NCBI GenBank assembly: GCA_963699075.1
Contig: CAVOTF010000007.1
Location: 1,342,655-1,406,654, forward strand
Direction of reading: 5' to 3'
Source: an uncultured Acidimicrobiaceae bacterium
GTDB lineage: Bacteria; Actinomycetota; Acidimicrobiia; Acidimicrobiales; Palsa-688
Length of the DNA: 64,000 bases
Position numbers and translations under genes: made by a program. The notes beneath the pieces are model-generated. The model made no database searches and had not been told where the DNA came from. It saw only the letters and a program-made list of their open reading frames with translations. Positions 48,478-57,318 of the stretch are shown in pieces. Position 1 is the first letter of the stretch. Each line of letters begins with the position of its first letter.

Positions 48478-49407
48478 CTAATCCCTCGGGAAGTGTGGGG
48501 TCTCGTGGTGGTCGCCGCGTGTGCGACGCTCGATCTCTTCTTCTTCCTGGAGCAGCCTTTCGAGCTCGGGGTCGACAGGCACGATCTCGCGCTCGGCGGC
48601 AGCTGCGGGCTCCAGCTGCGAGGGGCTGGTCGCAGCGGGCACGGCGCCCGGCTCACCCATCTCGGGCCGGCGGCGACCGCCACCGGCGCTCACGACGCGG
48701 CGGGGGCCACCTAGGCCAGAAGCTTCACCGACAGCCATGGCGGCTTCGCGGGTGATCTTGTCCTCAGTGGAGGTCTTGTACGGCAGGATGTCGCCCTTGT
48801 AAATCCAGACCTTGACACCGATACGCCCGTAAGTGGTCTTGGCCTCGCGGAAGCCGTAGTCGATATCGGCCCTAAGGGTGTGCAAGGGGACACGACCTTC
48901 TCGGTAGGACTCACGGCGCGACATTTCGGCGCCGCCAAGGCGCCCGGAACACTGGACCCGCACACCCATGGCCCCAGCCTTTTGGACGGTCTGGACGGTG
49001 CGCTTCATTGCCCGCCTGAAGCTGACCCTGCCTGCCAACTGGTCAGCGATGCCCTGGGCCATCAGCGCGGCATCGAGCTCGGGCTGTTTGATCTCTTGGA
49101 TATTCAGCTGAACCTTGGGGTTCTTGGTTATCTCGGCAAGCTTGGTCCGCAGCCTGTCGGCCTCAGTGCCGCGACGGCCGATCACAATGCCGGGGCGGGC
49201 AGTGTGGACGTCGATGCGCAGCCGGTCGCGAGTGCGCTCTATCTCGACACGGCTGACAGCAGCGCGCTCCAGCTCCTTGTTGAGGTACTCGCGAATATGG
49301 ATGTCCTCTATCAGATAGTTCTGATAGTCGCGGTCGGTGAACCACCTCGACTTCCAGTCGGTGGTAGTACCCAGCCGGAACCCGTACGGGTTTACCTTCT
49401 GACCCAT
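48478..49407 (-). CDS. rpsC: 30S ribosomal protein S3 with extended C-terminus
   Basis: [23 protein letters not shown]..., 309 aa. The last ~80 aa are low complexity. Confidence 0.95.
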   Translation of the reverse strand: MGQKVNPYGFRLGTTTDWKSRWFTDRDYQNYLIEDIHIREYLNKELERAAVSRVEIERTRDRLRIDVHTARPGIVIGRRGTEADRLRTKLAEITKNPKVQLNIQEIKQPELDAALMAQGIADQLAGRVSFRRAMKRTVQTVQKAGAMGVRVQCSGRLGGAEMSRRESYREGRVPLHTLRADIDYGFREAKTTYGRIGVKVWIYKGDILPYKTSTEDKITREAAMAVGEASGLGGPRRVVSAGGGRRRPEMGEPGAVPAATSPSQLEPAAAAEREIVPVDPELERLLQEEEEIERRTRGDHHETPHFPRD

Positions 49408-50168
49408 TAGCTGTCCTTCTCTTGCTCGCCGCCGCGACTATCTGTTGGCTCAGGGCCTTCAACTTCAGCAACCTCGTTGGCAGCTTCAGGGGCAGACGCC
49501 TCATCTGTCCCGGCCACGGCTTCGCTGCTGGCCGCGTCCTCGGTGATGGCAGCGTCTTCGGCGCCAGCCGGCTCTTCGTCAGCTGTAACGTCCTCGGTAA
49601 CTGTCGCGTCCTCGGCAGCTGTCGGTTCCCCATCCTCGACGACGGTGCCCTCTTCGGGTGCCGGGAAGGCCTCCGGATGGCGGCGCTCTCGGCGGCTCTG
49701 TCCCTCGGCGCTCTCGGCACTCGCCCGGCGGGTTGCCTCGACACGGCGAGCGCGCATGGCAAGGTTTTCGGCACGACGACGAGCCTGAAGCCTCTCAAGG
49801 CGCTCTTCGGGCAAACGGCTCACGATGATCGTGACATGCGCAGAACGCTTACGGATCCGCGTTGCCCGGCCGCGGGCCCTCGGACGCCAGCGCTTCTGCG
49901 TTGGCCCCTCGTCCACGTAGCACGCCGATACGAACAGCTCATCGGCCTGCTGGCCGTCGTTGTTGACGGCATTGGCAACCGCCGATTGGAGGACCTTCGC
50001 GACGATCGTGGCAGAACTCCGCTCCAGGAACCGGAGCAGGTCCAATGCCTCGTGGACCGGCTTGTTACGGATCGCGTCGATGACTTGACGAAGCTTGTAG
50101 GGGCTAACCAGCGAGTAATGCAATACCGCCCGCGTGCCCTCGCGTTCGTTTGTCTTAGGGCCTGGCAT
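49407..50168 (-). CDS. rplV: 50S ribosomal protein L22 with about 130-aa acidic C-terminal extension
   Basis: The core is ...[34 protein letters not shown]...[20 protein letters not shown]. The tail is rich in E/D/A/T ([31 protein letters not shown]...). Confidence 0.9.
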   Translation of the reverse strand: MPGPKTNEREGTRAVLHYSLVSPYKLRQVIDAIRNKPVHEALDLLRFLERSSATIVAKVLQSAVANAVNNDGQQADELFVSACYVDEGPTQKRWRPRARGRATRIRKRSAHVTIIVSRLPEERLERLQARRRAENLAMRARRVEATRRASAESAEGQSRRERRHPEAFPAPEEGTVVEDGEPTAAEDATVTEDVTADEEPAGAEDAAITEDAASSEAVAGTDEASAPEAANEVAEVEGPEPTDSRGGEQEKDS

Positions 50169-50446
50169 TAGCGTTTACCTTGCCGTTCTTGGCCGGCGTG
50201 GTAGCGGAACGTCCGCGTGGGGGCGAACTCGCCGAGCTTGTGGCCGACCATCGACTCGGTGACGTACACGGGCACGTGCTTGCGCCCGTCGTGTACGGCG
50301 ATCGTGTGGCCCACCATATCGGGGATGATCGTCGACCGACGTGACCAGGTCTTGATGACCCTCTTTTCGTTCCGGCCGTTCAGGTCGTCCACCTTGCGCA
50401 GCAGGTGGCCGTCCACGAAAGGCCCTTTCTTGAGGCTCCGGGGCAT
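50168..50446 (-). CDS. rpsS: 30S ribosomal protein S19
   Basis: [19 protein letters not shown]... AGGAGG lies upstream of ATG 50446. Confidence 0.95.
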   Translation of the reverse strand: MPRSLKKGPFVDGHLLRKVDDLNGRNEKRVIKTWSRRSTIIPDMVGHTIAVHDGRKHVPVYVTESMVGHKLGEFAPTRTFRYHAGQERQGKR

Positions 50447-50450
50447 CGTG

Positions 50451-51284
50451 CTACCTCCTGGCGCCGCGACCACGGCGGCGGCGGATAATCAAGCGGTCGG
50501 AAGGTCGGTGAGAACGTCGGGTGCGGCCTTCGGGCTGGCCCCAAGGCGAAACAGGGTGCCGCCCTCCGGACGATTTGCCTTCGCCGCCACCGAGCGGGTG
50601 GTCCACTGGGTTCATGGCGACGCCACGAGATTGCGGGCGCACACCCTTCCAGCGGTTACGGCCCGCCTTGCCGATCTTTATTAGCTCTGCCTCGGCGTTG
50701 CCGACCTCGCCAATGGTCGCCCGGCAGTCGATCGGGACGCGGCGCATTTCGGTCGACGGGAGGCGCAGCGTTGCGAAGTCGCCTTCTTTGGCGACGAGCT
50801 GGACGCTCGATCCCGCGCTGCGGGCCATCTTGCCGCCGCCGCCAGGTTTCAGCTCGACGTTGTGGACCACCGAACCGACGGGGATGAAGCGCATCGGCAT
50901 TGCGTTGCCGATGCGGATTTCTGAGCCCTGGCCGCTGCGCAGGACGTCGCCTACAGCAAGGCGAGCCGGGCAGAGTATGTATCGCTTCTCACCGTCGTGG
51001 TAGTTCAGCAGCGCGATACGAGCGTTGCGGTTGGGGTCGTACTCGATCGATGCGACGGTCGCGGGCACCCCGTCCTTGGAGCGCTTGAAGTCCACAATCC
51101 GGTACTGCTGTTTGTGGCCGCTGCCGCGGTGACGGGCCGTCATACGGCCGTAGGAGTTTCGTCCACCCGTGCTCGGCTTGGGTACGGTCAGGGACCGTTC
51201 GGGCCGGTCAGTCGTCAGCTCGGTAAACGCTGAGACAGTCTGGAAACGCCGACCAGCGCTGGTGGGTTTGCGGGAACGCAGCAT
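50451..51284 (-). CDS. rplB: 50S ribosomal protein L2
   Basis: ...[29 protein letters not shown]...[18 protein letters not shown]... Confidence 0.95.
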   Translation of the reverse strand: MLRSRKPTSAGRRFQTVSAFTELTTDRPERSLTVPKPSTGGRNSYGRMTARHRGSGHKQQYRIVDFKRSKDGVPATVASIEYDPNRNARIALLNYHDGEKRYILCPARLAVGDVLRSGQGSEIRIGNAMPMRFIPVGSVVHNVELKPGGGGKMARSAGSSVQLVAKEGDFATLRLPSTEMRRVPIDCRATIGEVGNAEAELIKIGKAGRNRWKGVRPQSRGVAMNPVDHPLGGGEGKSSGGRHPVSPWGQPEGRTRRSHRPSDRLIIRRRRGRGARR

Positions 51285-51292
51285 CAGTACCC

Positions 51293-51586
51293 TCAGCTCG
51301 TCTCGAACAATGGGATCGTTTGCCCAGGAGCGAGCGTCACAATTGCCCGCTTCGTGTCGGGTTGCTTGCCGTAAGTCGCCTTCTTGCGGTTGCGCTTGCG
51401 CTTACCTGGCCGGTTCAAAGTATTCACGTTGGAAACCTTGACATTGAAAACATGCTCCACAGATCTGCGGATCTCGATCTTGTTCGTCGAGCTCGGGACT
51501 ATGAAGACGTAGACGCCCTTTTCACTGAGCGCATAAGACTTCTCGGACACGACAGGACGGACGATGACGTCACGGGGATCTTCCAT
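51293..51586 (-). CDS. rplW: 50S ribosomal protein L23
   Basis: [51 protein letters not shown]... ATG 51586-51584 overlaps TGA 51588-51586 of the frame that ends ...EATEPGEEA*. Confidence 0.9.
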   Translation of the reverse strand: MEDPRDVIVRPVVSEKSYALSEKGVYVFIVPSSTNKIEIRRSVEHVFNVKVSNVNTLNRPGKRKRNRKKATYGKQPDTKRAIVTLAPGQTIPLFETS

Positions 51587-52422
51587 CAGGCCTCCTCCCC
51601 GGGTTCTGTGGCTTCGTGAGCCTCGAGCGAAGCGGCTTCCGGCTCGACCTTTCCGGCTCGCTTGCTCCGGCTCGACCTTTGCCGCAGGCTCCGTGGCGAC
51701 CTCAACCGCAGCCTCCGGCTCGACCTTTGCCGCCGGCTTGGCCTTGGGCTCCGCCTTGGCCTTCGGCTCTGCTTTAGCCTTCGGGGCGGCGGGTGGCGCC
51801 TCTCCCCAGGCATTGTTGCCAGGAAGAGTCTGGCGGGTGAACACGACCCAGTCTGAGCACAGGACGTCGTAAGCAGCGAGCTCTCCGACCAGGATCAGGT
51901 CGACCTCGGGAAGGTTCCGGAACGACTTGTACGCCCCTTCGTCCTCGCGCGCCAGGACCAATAAGGTCTTGCCGGTGAGGCCCAGCGTCGAAAGAGCTGC
52001 TTGAGCGTCCTTGGTGCTCGGGACCTCCCAGTTCCAGGCTTCCACGACGGCGACCTGTCCCGAGCCCGCACGGTCCGAGAGAGCCCCCTTGAGGGCCAGC
52101 TGGACCATCTTCCGCGGGGTGCGTTGACGGTAGCTGCGAGGCTTGGGCCAAGGGCGACGCCTCCGCCCGAATAATGGGGCGAGCGGGTGCTTCCCTGGCG
52201 GGCCCGGCCGGTCCCCTTCTGTTTGAACGGCTTGGCGCCACCGCCGGATACCTCAGCCCTGGTCTTGGTGCTCTGCGTACCCCTGCGGGCGGCAGCCAAC
52301 TGAGCCAGCACCACCTGGTGCATAAGAGGCACGTTCGGCTGAATGGCGAAGAACTCTGGGTCGAGCTCCACGGTCGCGGTGACGGTCCCGTCTTGCGAGC
52401 GGACCTCGACAGCGGTGGTCAT
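51586..52422 (-). CDS. rplD: 50S ribosomal protein L4 with KAEP/KVEPE-repeat C-terminal extension; two apparent 1-nt indels
   Basis: The N-terminus ...[24 protein letters not shown] (ORF 51895-52422) continues in the next frame as [26 protein letters not shown]...FTRQTLPG. A tail follows (...[24 protein letters not shown]...) whose natural end ...[22 protein letters not shown] is in a third frame. Confidence 0.85.
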
Positions 52423-53072
52423 TTGCTCCCCTTGACGGCGTCGCGGATCATGACGAGGCCGCCTCGCGGGCCAGGGACAGCGCCCTTGAGAAGCAGCAGG
52501 TTGCGTTCGGCGTCCGCCGAGACGACCTCGAGGTTGAGAGTGGTAACCCGTTCGTTGCCTAGACGCCCCGCCATCCGGGTGCCCTTGAAAACGCGCGCCG
52601 GTGTTGCGCAGGCACCCACGGAGCCGGGGGCCCTGTGGTGCTTGTGGTTACCGTGGCTGGCTCCCTGCCCCTTGAAATTATGGCGTTCCATGGCGCCGGC
52701 AAAGCCCCTGCCCTTGCTGGTCGCCGTGACATCGACCTTGTCGCCGGCAGTGTAGATATCCACACCCAGCTCCTGGCCCACGGTGTACGAAGAAATGTCA
52801 TCGACCCTCAGCTCCACCAAAGCCCGCCCTGGGTCGACCCTGGCCTTCGCATAATGGCCGGTCAAGGGCTTGTTGATCGAGCTAGGCCGCCTGGAGCCGT
52901 ACGTCACCTGGAGCGCGGAGTAGCCGTCGGAGTCATCGGTCTTAACTTGGACAACGCGGACCGGCGTTACTCGGACGACCGTGACCGCGACGGAGCGTTG
53001 GCTCTCGTCCCAGATCTGGGTCATACCGACTTTTTCGCCGACAATCGCTCTTTTTGGGGCCTTCGCGGGCAT
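52419..53072 (-). CDS. rplC: 50S ribosomal protein L3
   Basis: ...[25 protein letters not shown]... RBS GAGGACGAGGA. ATGA overlap with rplD. Confidence 0.95.
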   Translation of the reverse strand: MPAKAPKRAIVGEKVGMTQIWDESQRSVAVTVVRVTPVRVVQVKTDDSDGYSALQVTYGSRRPSSINKPLTGHYAKARVDPGRALVELRVDDISSYTVGQELGVDIYTAGDKVDVTATSKGRGFAGAMERHNFKGQGASHGNHKHHRAPGSVGACATPARVFKGTRMAGRLGNERVTTLNLEVVSADAERNLLLLKGAVPGPRGGLVMIRDAVKGSK

Positions 53073-53094
53073 TCCTCGTCCTCTTACGCGGCAC

Positions 53095-53121
53095 GCTCCG
53101 CTCGGGAAACCCGCGCGGAGC
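53095..53121 (-). promoter_or_regulatory. Strong hairpin in the rplC leader (GCTCCGC-g-CGGG-ttt-CCCG-a-GCGGAGC)
   Basis: Read on the minus strand, about 23 nt upstream of the rplC ATG, with no U-tract. It may be an r-protein autoregulatory element; function is inferred only. Confidence 0.35.
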
Positions 53122-53199
53122 TCGTTTCACGTTCTGCCATGGCGTCCCCGCTGTCGACGACAGGCGGGCGACCACGGACGTCTGTTAGACGGCTCGGCC

Positions 53200-53227
53200 A
53201 GTATAGCCAGCCTCACGCAGTGTGCAA
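53200..53227 (-). promoter_or_regulatory. Sigma-A-type promoter for the rplC operon: TTGCAC-N16-TATACT
   Basis: On the minus strand, -35 TTGCAC is at 53227-53222 and -10 TATACT at 53205-53200. It lies about 130 nt upstream of rplC, between the peptidase stop and rplC. Confidence 0.5.
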
Positions 53228-53277
53228 ACCGCGGCCGGTCATTTCGGTTACCACTTAACTCAGCGCAACGTAAACGA

Positions 53278-53317
53278 GCGACAACCTCAGCTGGCGACAA
53301 CCTCAGCTGGCGACAAC
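53278..53317. repeat. Tandem direct repeat, 2.5 x 16 nt (GCGACAACCTCAGCTG)
   Basis: Copies at 53278-53293 and 53294-53309, plus 8 nt of a third. It overlaps the last codons and the stop (53287-53289) of the M1 peptidase gene. Confidence 0.85.
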
Positions 53318-54615
53318 GTCACGCCATCGGCACCGTGGACGTAGCGGTCCCACCATGGGGTCAAGTCCCGGCCGCACCAGCTCTCGAGGTGGGCGGCCAG
53401 TTGGAGGGTGCTGGCAAGACCTCCTGCATGAGCCTTGTGCCAGGCAGCGAGCGCGGAACGCAGCTGCGCCGCGCCACCGGCCATGTGCGCCAAGCCCGAC
53501 ATCAGGCGGCCACCGGCTGCGTAGGCTTCCCGGGGGGTGTGGCGGCTCCATGGATGAGCCGGGTAGAGCAAGCTCGGGGGTTCGTCCAGCCCGAGCTCTT
53601 CGACAGCGAAGCGCCCCACCGTCGCCCGCCGCGACGCCGTCGCCCAGGTCGCCATCGCCTCGTCCACCCAACCATCGGCCGCGCACGCCGGCTTCACACC
53701 CCGGCCGAACCAGCTGTGGAACACCTCGTGCTCGATCGCCGGCTCGCAGGCTGTCGTCGCCCCGTCGTACTCCATCCCCCTCGGCAGGTCCCAGATGACG
53801 GCCAGGAAATCGTCGCCGTGCGCCCACGGGCCGTAGCGCTCCGTGAAATACGACAGCCACGAGGCAATGTCGGCCATGACATCGTGAAGATCTGTCCCCG
53901 CCCCATCGGCGCGTGCGACCCTAACCCTGGTCTGCTTGCCTCCAGCGTGCACCGTCGTCTGCTGCGCCCGGACCTGGTCGGAGGGCGCCAGGACGAGCAA
54001 CGGCGAAAGGGACGTGAACGTGCCTGGGTAACCAACGCTCCAGGCATACCCCGGCGTGCGTTCGGCTGCAGCCCCGTTGGCGAGCAGGACGTGCGACCGT
54101 GCTGTACCGGCTACCTCGACCTCAAGATGGACGGAGAACCGGTCGTGGCAAAGATTGGCGGGCAACCACATCTCGAGGTAACGCCCGGGTTCGAGGTCCG
54201 ACATGAAAAGGTCCCAGGAGACGCCGTCGCCGGGTGCCGACCACACCACCGGGAGAGCACCCGTGGCCTCGGGCGTGCCCAGCCGGTAACGCAAGCTGAG
54301 CACGTGCCTGCTGCCGCCTTCGCAGGCCACGTCGACGACCCTCATCCGTGCGTCGCTACCCGCTCCCATGTCTGCATAGCCAAGGGCTTCTGGCGGCAGC
54401 GGCCTCCCGTCGAGCATGGCGCCGTCGATCTCCTGGCGCAGGTCGAACACCGGGTAGCCAGTTGGCCCGTCAACGCTCAGCTCGACCGTCGCGGACACAT
54501 CGGCCACCCGAGAGGCCACGTCGAAGCGTACCGAAGCTGTCACCTGGTGAATATCGACCGGGACCGCCAAGCGGCCTTCCAACTGGACCGGGGGCGGGGG
54601 CAAGGGGGGTGTCAT
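53287..54615 (-). CDS. M1-family (gluzincin) metallopeptidase
   Basis: HEVFH then 18 residues then E (AIEHEVFHSWFGRGVKPACAADGWVDEAMATW) gives the HExxH-x18-E signature. An aminopeptidase-N-like N-terminal beta domain is present. Confidence 0.8.
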   Translation of the reverse strand: MTPPLPPPPVQLEGRLAVPVDIHQVTASVRFDVASRVADVSATVELSVDGPTGYPVFDLRQEIDGAMLDGRPLPPEALGYADMGAGSDARMRVVDVACEGGSRHVLSLRYRLGTPEATGALPVVWSAPGDGVSWDLFMSDLEPGRYLEMWLPANLCHDRFSVHLEVEVAGTARSHVLLANGAAAERTPGYAWSVGYPGTFTSLSPLLVLAPSDQVRAQQTTVHAGGKQTRVRVARADGAGTDLHDVMADIASWLSYFTERYGPWAHGDDFLAVIWDLPRGMEYDGATTACEPAIEHEVFHSWFGRGVKPACAADGWVDEAMATWATASRRATVGRFAVEELGLDEPPSLLYPAHPWSRHTPREAYAAGGRLMSGLAHMAGGAAQLRSALAAWHKAHAGGLASTLQLAAHLESWCGRDLTPWWDRYVHGADGVTLSPAEVVAS

Positions 54616-54733
54616 AGAGCGCTCGTCGGAGAGGGTACTCTCCGGTTAGAAGGACGCTAGGCAATTAGCCAAAAAAGGGGGCACCTCGCGCCCACCGTGC
54701 CGATGAGTACGTGAGTGAGTTTTCGAGCGGTCT

Positions 54734-57142
54734 GTGGCCGGGGGACGAAGCATGACTGGTAACGCCGAGCAGGCCACAGGCCGCCAACAGCGCCGACGCT
54801 GGACGGTTGCGGCAGTAACGCTGGCTGTCAACCTCGGGAGCTTCCTTTACCTCGTGCTCATAGCGCGGTCGGCCAGCCCAGCTATCTTCGGCGCCCTGGC
54901 GGCGCTCGCCGGGATAGCTCTGCTGTTCGAAGTGCCGGCGAATGCTTTGCAGGTCGCCCTCGGCCGCGCCGTAGCCCACGGGCCGGACGGGCGGGTGGCG
55001 CCGGTCGCGGCTGGGGCACTGCTCGTCGACGCGTGCCTGCTGGGCGCGGGCGTCTGCGCCATCCTGCTCGCCCTGTCGCCAATTGTCGAGAGGTTCCTCC
55101 ACCTGCCCTCGATAACAAGCGCCCTCTTGCTCGCGGCATATGCCCTGCCCGTCGGGATCAGCGTCGTGCCCAAAGGTGTGCTAGTCGGCCAGGGACGATT
55201 GCGGTTGCTGGCGACGGGCCTGATCGCAGGGATGGTGGTAAGGATCGTCGTGGGGGTTCTCCTGGTCCGCCATGGCGGGGGCCTCGAAGGCGCCTTCGTG
55301 GCCATGGTCTGGGGCGAGGTGGTCACCGCCGTCATCGTCCTGATCGGTCTGCGCGAGATGCTCAAACATCCCGAAGTGCTGGTCAGCGGGCTAGGTAACG
55401 CACCCGCCGGCCGTGCTCCGGGTGGAGCCGCCGGACCTGCTGGGGGCGGTGCCGGACCTGCTGGGGGCGGTGCCGGGCCTGCTGGGGGCGGTGCCGGACA
55501 TGCTGGGGGCGGTGCCGGGCGAGACCGGGAAGCCCCGGCGGCCGAAAGCGAGGCCGTGGCGGGTGGCGCAGGATCGACCCGCCTCGTGTGGGGCCACGCG
55601 AGATTGGCGGGCGCGGCGTTTACGGGCTACTGGATCCTCACGACAATCGACGTCGTCCTGGCTCGGCACTGGCTTGGCCGAGAAGTCTCAGGTTGGTACT
55701 CAGCCGCAGCGACAATTGCGCAGATAGCGCTGCTCGCGCCTGGGGCCATCGCGGCGCTCACTTTCCCGCGGTTGGTGGGTTCGGACATCCCACTCCTGGT
55801 AGGGCCGGACAGCCGGCCCAACCAGCGGCTTATGTTCGCCCTCGGTTCGGCGGCCGTTGCCCTTACAGGTTTCATTGCAGCGATAGTGGTGTGCCTCTTT
55901 GCGCACGGGACGGTAAGGGCGCTGTTCGGCCTGCGCTATTCGCCTGCGGCGAGTGTGGTCGGCCTCCTCAGCTTCAGCAGCGCGCTGTTGGGCCTCGTCA
56001 CAGTCCTCCTGCATTACCACTTGAACCGCGGCGGGCGGGTCACGGTAAACCTCTGCTGGCCCGCGATTGTCATCGTGATAGTCGGGACAAGCATCTGGCA
56101 CCACTCCATGACCGAGATCGCCGTAGTCATGGTCGTGGGGACTTCGTCGGTATGCGCGGGGATGCTCGTGGTGGCGTGGGGGCATACCGAGGGATCACGG
56201 GCTGGCCTCGTCGAACGAGCCAACCTGGCCCTGCTCGATGCCAACCTGGACCTAACCGTGGTCGTCCCGTACTACAACCCCGGCAAGCTCCTCGTGCCCA
56301 CCATCGAACGCCTCCTATCCGTGCTCGACGCCTCCGGGGCCACCTACGAGGTGATCGCCGTTTCGGACGGCTCCACCGACGGGAGCGACAGGGAGCTCGA
56401 CGAAGCCCTCTCGGGCAGGCCGCAGCTCACAAACGTCGTCCTGGCCCAAAACCAGGGCAAAGGAGCTGCCTTGCGAGTAGGGCTTGCCATGGGCCACGGG
56501 CGCTACCTCGGCTTCATCGACGCGGATGGGGACCTTGACCCGATCCTGCTCGATTCGTTCCAGACGATGGTGCGCCTGTACAGCCCCGACATAATCCTTG
56601 GATCCAAACGCCACCCGCTTTCCGAAGTCGAGTACCCGTTCCTGCGGCGCGTCTACTCGTGGGGTTACCAGCAGGTCGTGCGTCTCGGCTTCCGGCTTAA
56701 CATCCGCGACACCCAGACAGGGATCAAGCTCATCAGGCGCGACGTCCTGTCCGCCGTGCTCCCCCGCATGGTGGAGAAACGCTTCGCTTTCGATCTCGAG
56801 CTGTTCGTGATCGCCCGGCGGCTCGGCTACAAGAGGTTCCTGGAAGCCCCGATCCGGCTGCGCCACCAGTTCACAAGCACCGTCTCATGGCGGTCGGTCT
56901 ACCGCTCCCTTTTGGACACCATGGCCATCTGGTACCGCTTGCGCATCCTGCACTTCTATGACGGGGACCAAGCGCCCGCGACCCCCGGAGGTGAGGGGCT
57001 GCTCATCGACCCGATCGTGCTCCGCGGGGGTGCCGGGACCGCAGCCGGCAGCGCAGGCTCGCCGAGCCGCGTGCCAGGTCCCGGCTCCGGCGATCCGGCC
57101 ACGCCCGCGGGCGATGCTGCTGAACCCCTGAGCCACCAATGA
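54734..57142 (+). CDS. Fusion protein: multi-pass flippase-like (MOP/Wzx-type) membrane domain plus family-2 glycosyltransferase
   Basis: 802 aa. The N-terminal ~520 aa form about 12-14 TM segments interrupted by a Gly/Ala repeat loop. The C-terminus is LTVVVPYYNPGKLL...YEVIAVSDGSTDGSD...QNQGKGAALRVGL...FIDADGDLDP (GT2 with DxD). The flippase call is tentative. Confidence 0.75.
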   Translation: MAGGRSMTGNAEQATGRQQRRRWTVAAVTLAVNLGSFLYLVLIARSASPAIFGALAALAGIALLFEVPANALQVALGRAVAHGPDGRVAPVAAGALLVDACLLGAGVCAILLALSPIVERFLHLPSITSALLLAAYALPVGISVVPKGVLVGQGRLRLLATGLIAGMVVRIVVGVLLVRHGGGLEGAFVAMVWGEVVTAVIVLIGLREMLKHPEVLVSGLGNAPAGRAPGGAAGPAGGGAGPAGGGAGPAGGGAGHAGGGAGRDREAPAAESEAVAGGAGSTRLVWGHARLAGAAFTGYWILTTIDVVLARHWLGREVSGWYSAAATIAQIALLAPGAIAALTFPRLVGSDIPLLVGPDSRPNQRLMFALGSAAVALTGFIAAIVVCLFAHGTVRALFGLRYSPAASVVGLLSFSSALLGLVTVLLHYHLNRGGRVTVNLCWPAIVIVIVGTSIWHHSMTEIAVVMVVGTSSVCAGMLVVAWGHTEGSRAGLVERANLALLDANLDLTVVVPYYNPGKLLVPTIERLLSVLDASGATYEVIAVSDGSTDGSDRELDEALSGRPQLTNVVLAQNQGKGAALRVGLAMGHGRYLGFIDADGDLDPILLDSFQTMVRLYSPDIILGSKRHPLSEVEYPFLRRVYSWGYQQVVRLGFRLNIRDTQTGIKLIRRDVLSAVLPRMVEKRFAFDLELFVIARRLGYKRFLEAPIRLRHQFTSTVSWRSVYRSLLDTMAIWYRLRILHFYDGDQAPATPGGEGLLIDPIVLRGGAGTAAGSAGSPSRVPGPGSGDPATPAGDAAEPLSHQ
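55430..55520 (+). repeat. In-frame tandem repeat, about 4.3 x 21 nt (GCCGGACCTGCTGGGGGCGGT), encoding (A)GPAGGG heptads
   Basis: Copies at 55430, 55451, 55472 and 55493, plus a partial fifth, with 1-2 substitutions each. The translated stretch is GGAAGPAGGGAGPAGGGAGPAGGGAGHAGGGAG. Confidence 0.85.
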
Positions 57143-57318
57143 CCCTTGAGCCCGGCCACCAACTTTTCCATGGCGGTGTCCGATGTGGTCGGCGAAAACT
57201 GCACATCACTGACTCTGGTGCAAAAAAACCGACGTTTCGGTGACCGATCCATCGATCGCCGGCCCACATCTGCGGTTTTCGGAGCAGGCCGCCTCCATTT
57301 GCTCAGCGCCCGGTACGG

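Noticed and set aside
51293-52108. 271-aa ORF that looks like an L4(C-term)-L23 fusion
   Set aside because: A TGATG stop/start overlap in a neighbouring frame gives separate L4 and L23. The fusion needs no biology beyond a 1-nt indel.
53084-53140. 18-codon uORF ([18 protein letters not shown]) in the rplC leader
   Set aside because: It has only a weak SD sequence and overlaps the leader hairpin. It could be chance and is noted only as a possibility.
53073-53286. Search for a degraded rpsJ
   Set aside because: None of the three minus-strand frames gives anything S10-like, and the gap is too short for the ~100-aa protein.
52981-54660. 559-aa + strand ORF
   Set aside because: It lies antisense to the M1 peptidase (HExxH-x18-E on the minus strand). 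Its composition is Arg/Pro/Gly-rich.
19772-55520. Tandem repeats as possible CRISPR arrays
   Set aside because: The units are directly adjacent with no spacers, with only 2-4 copies of 15-22 nt and no cas genes.
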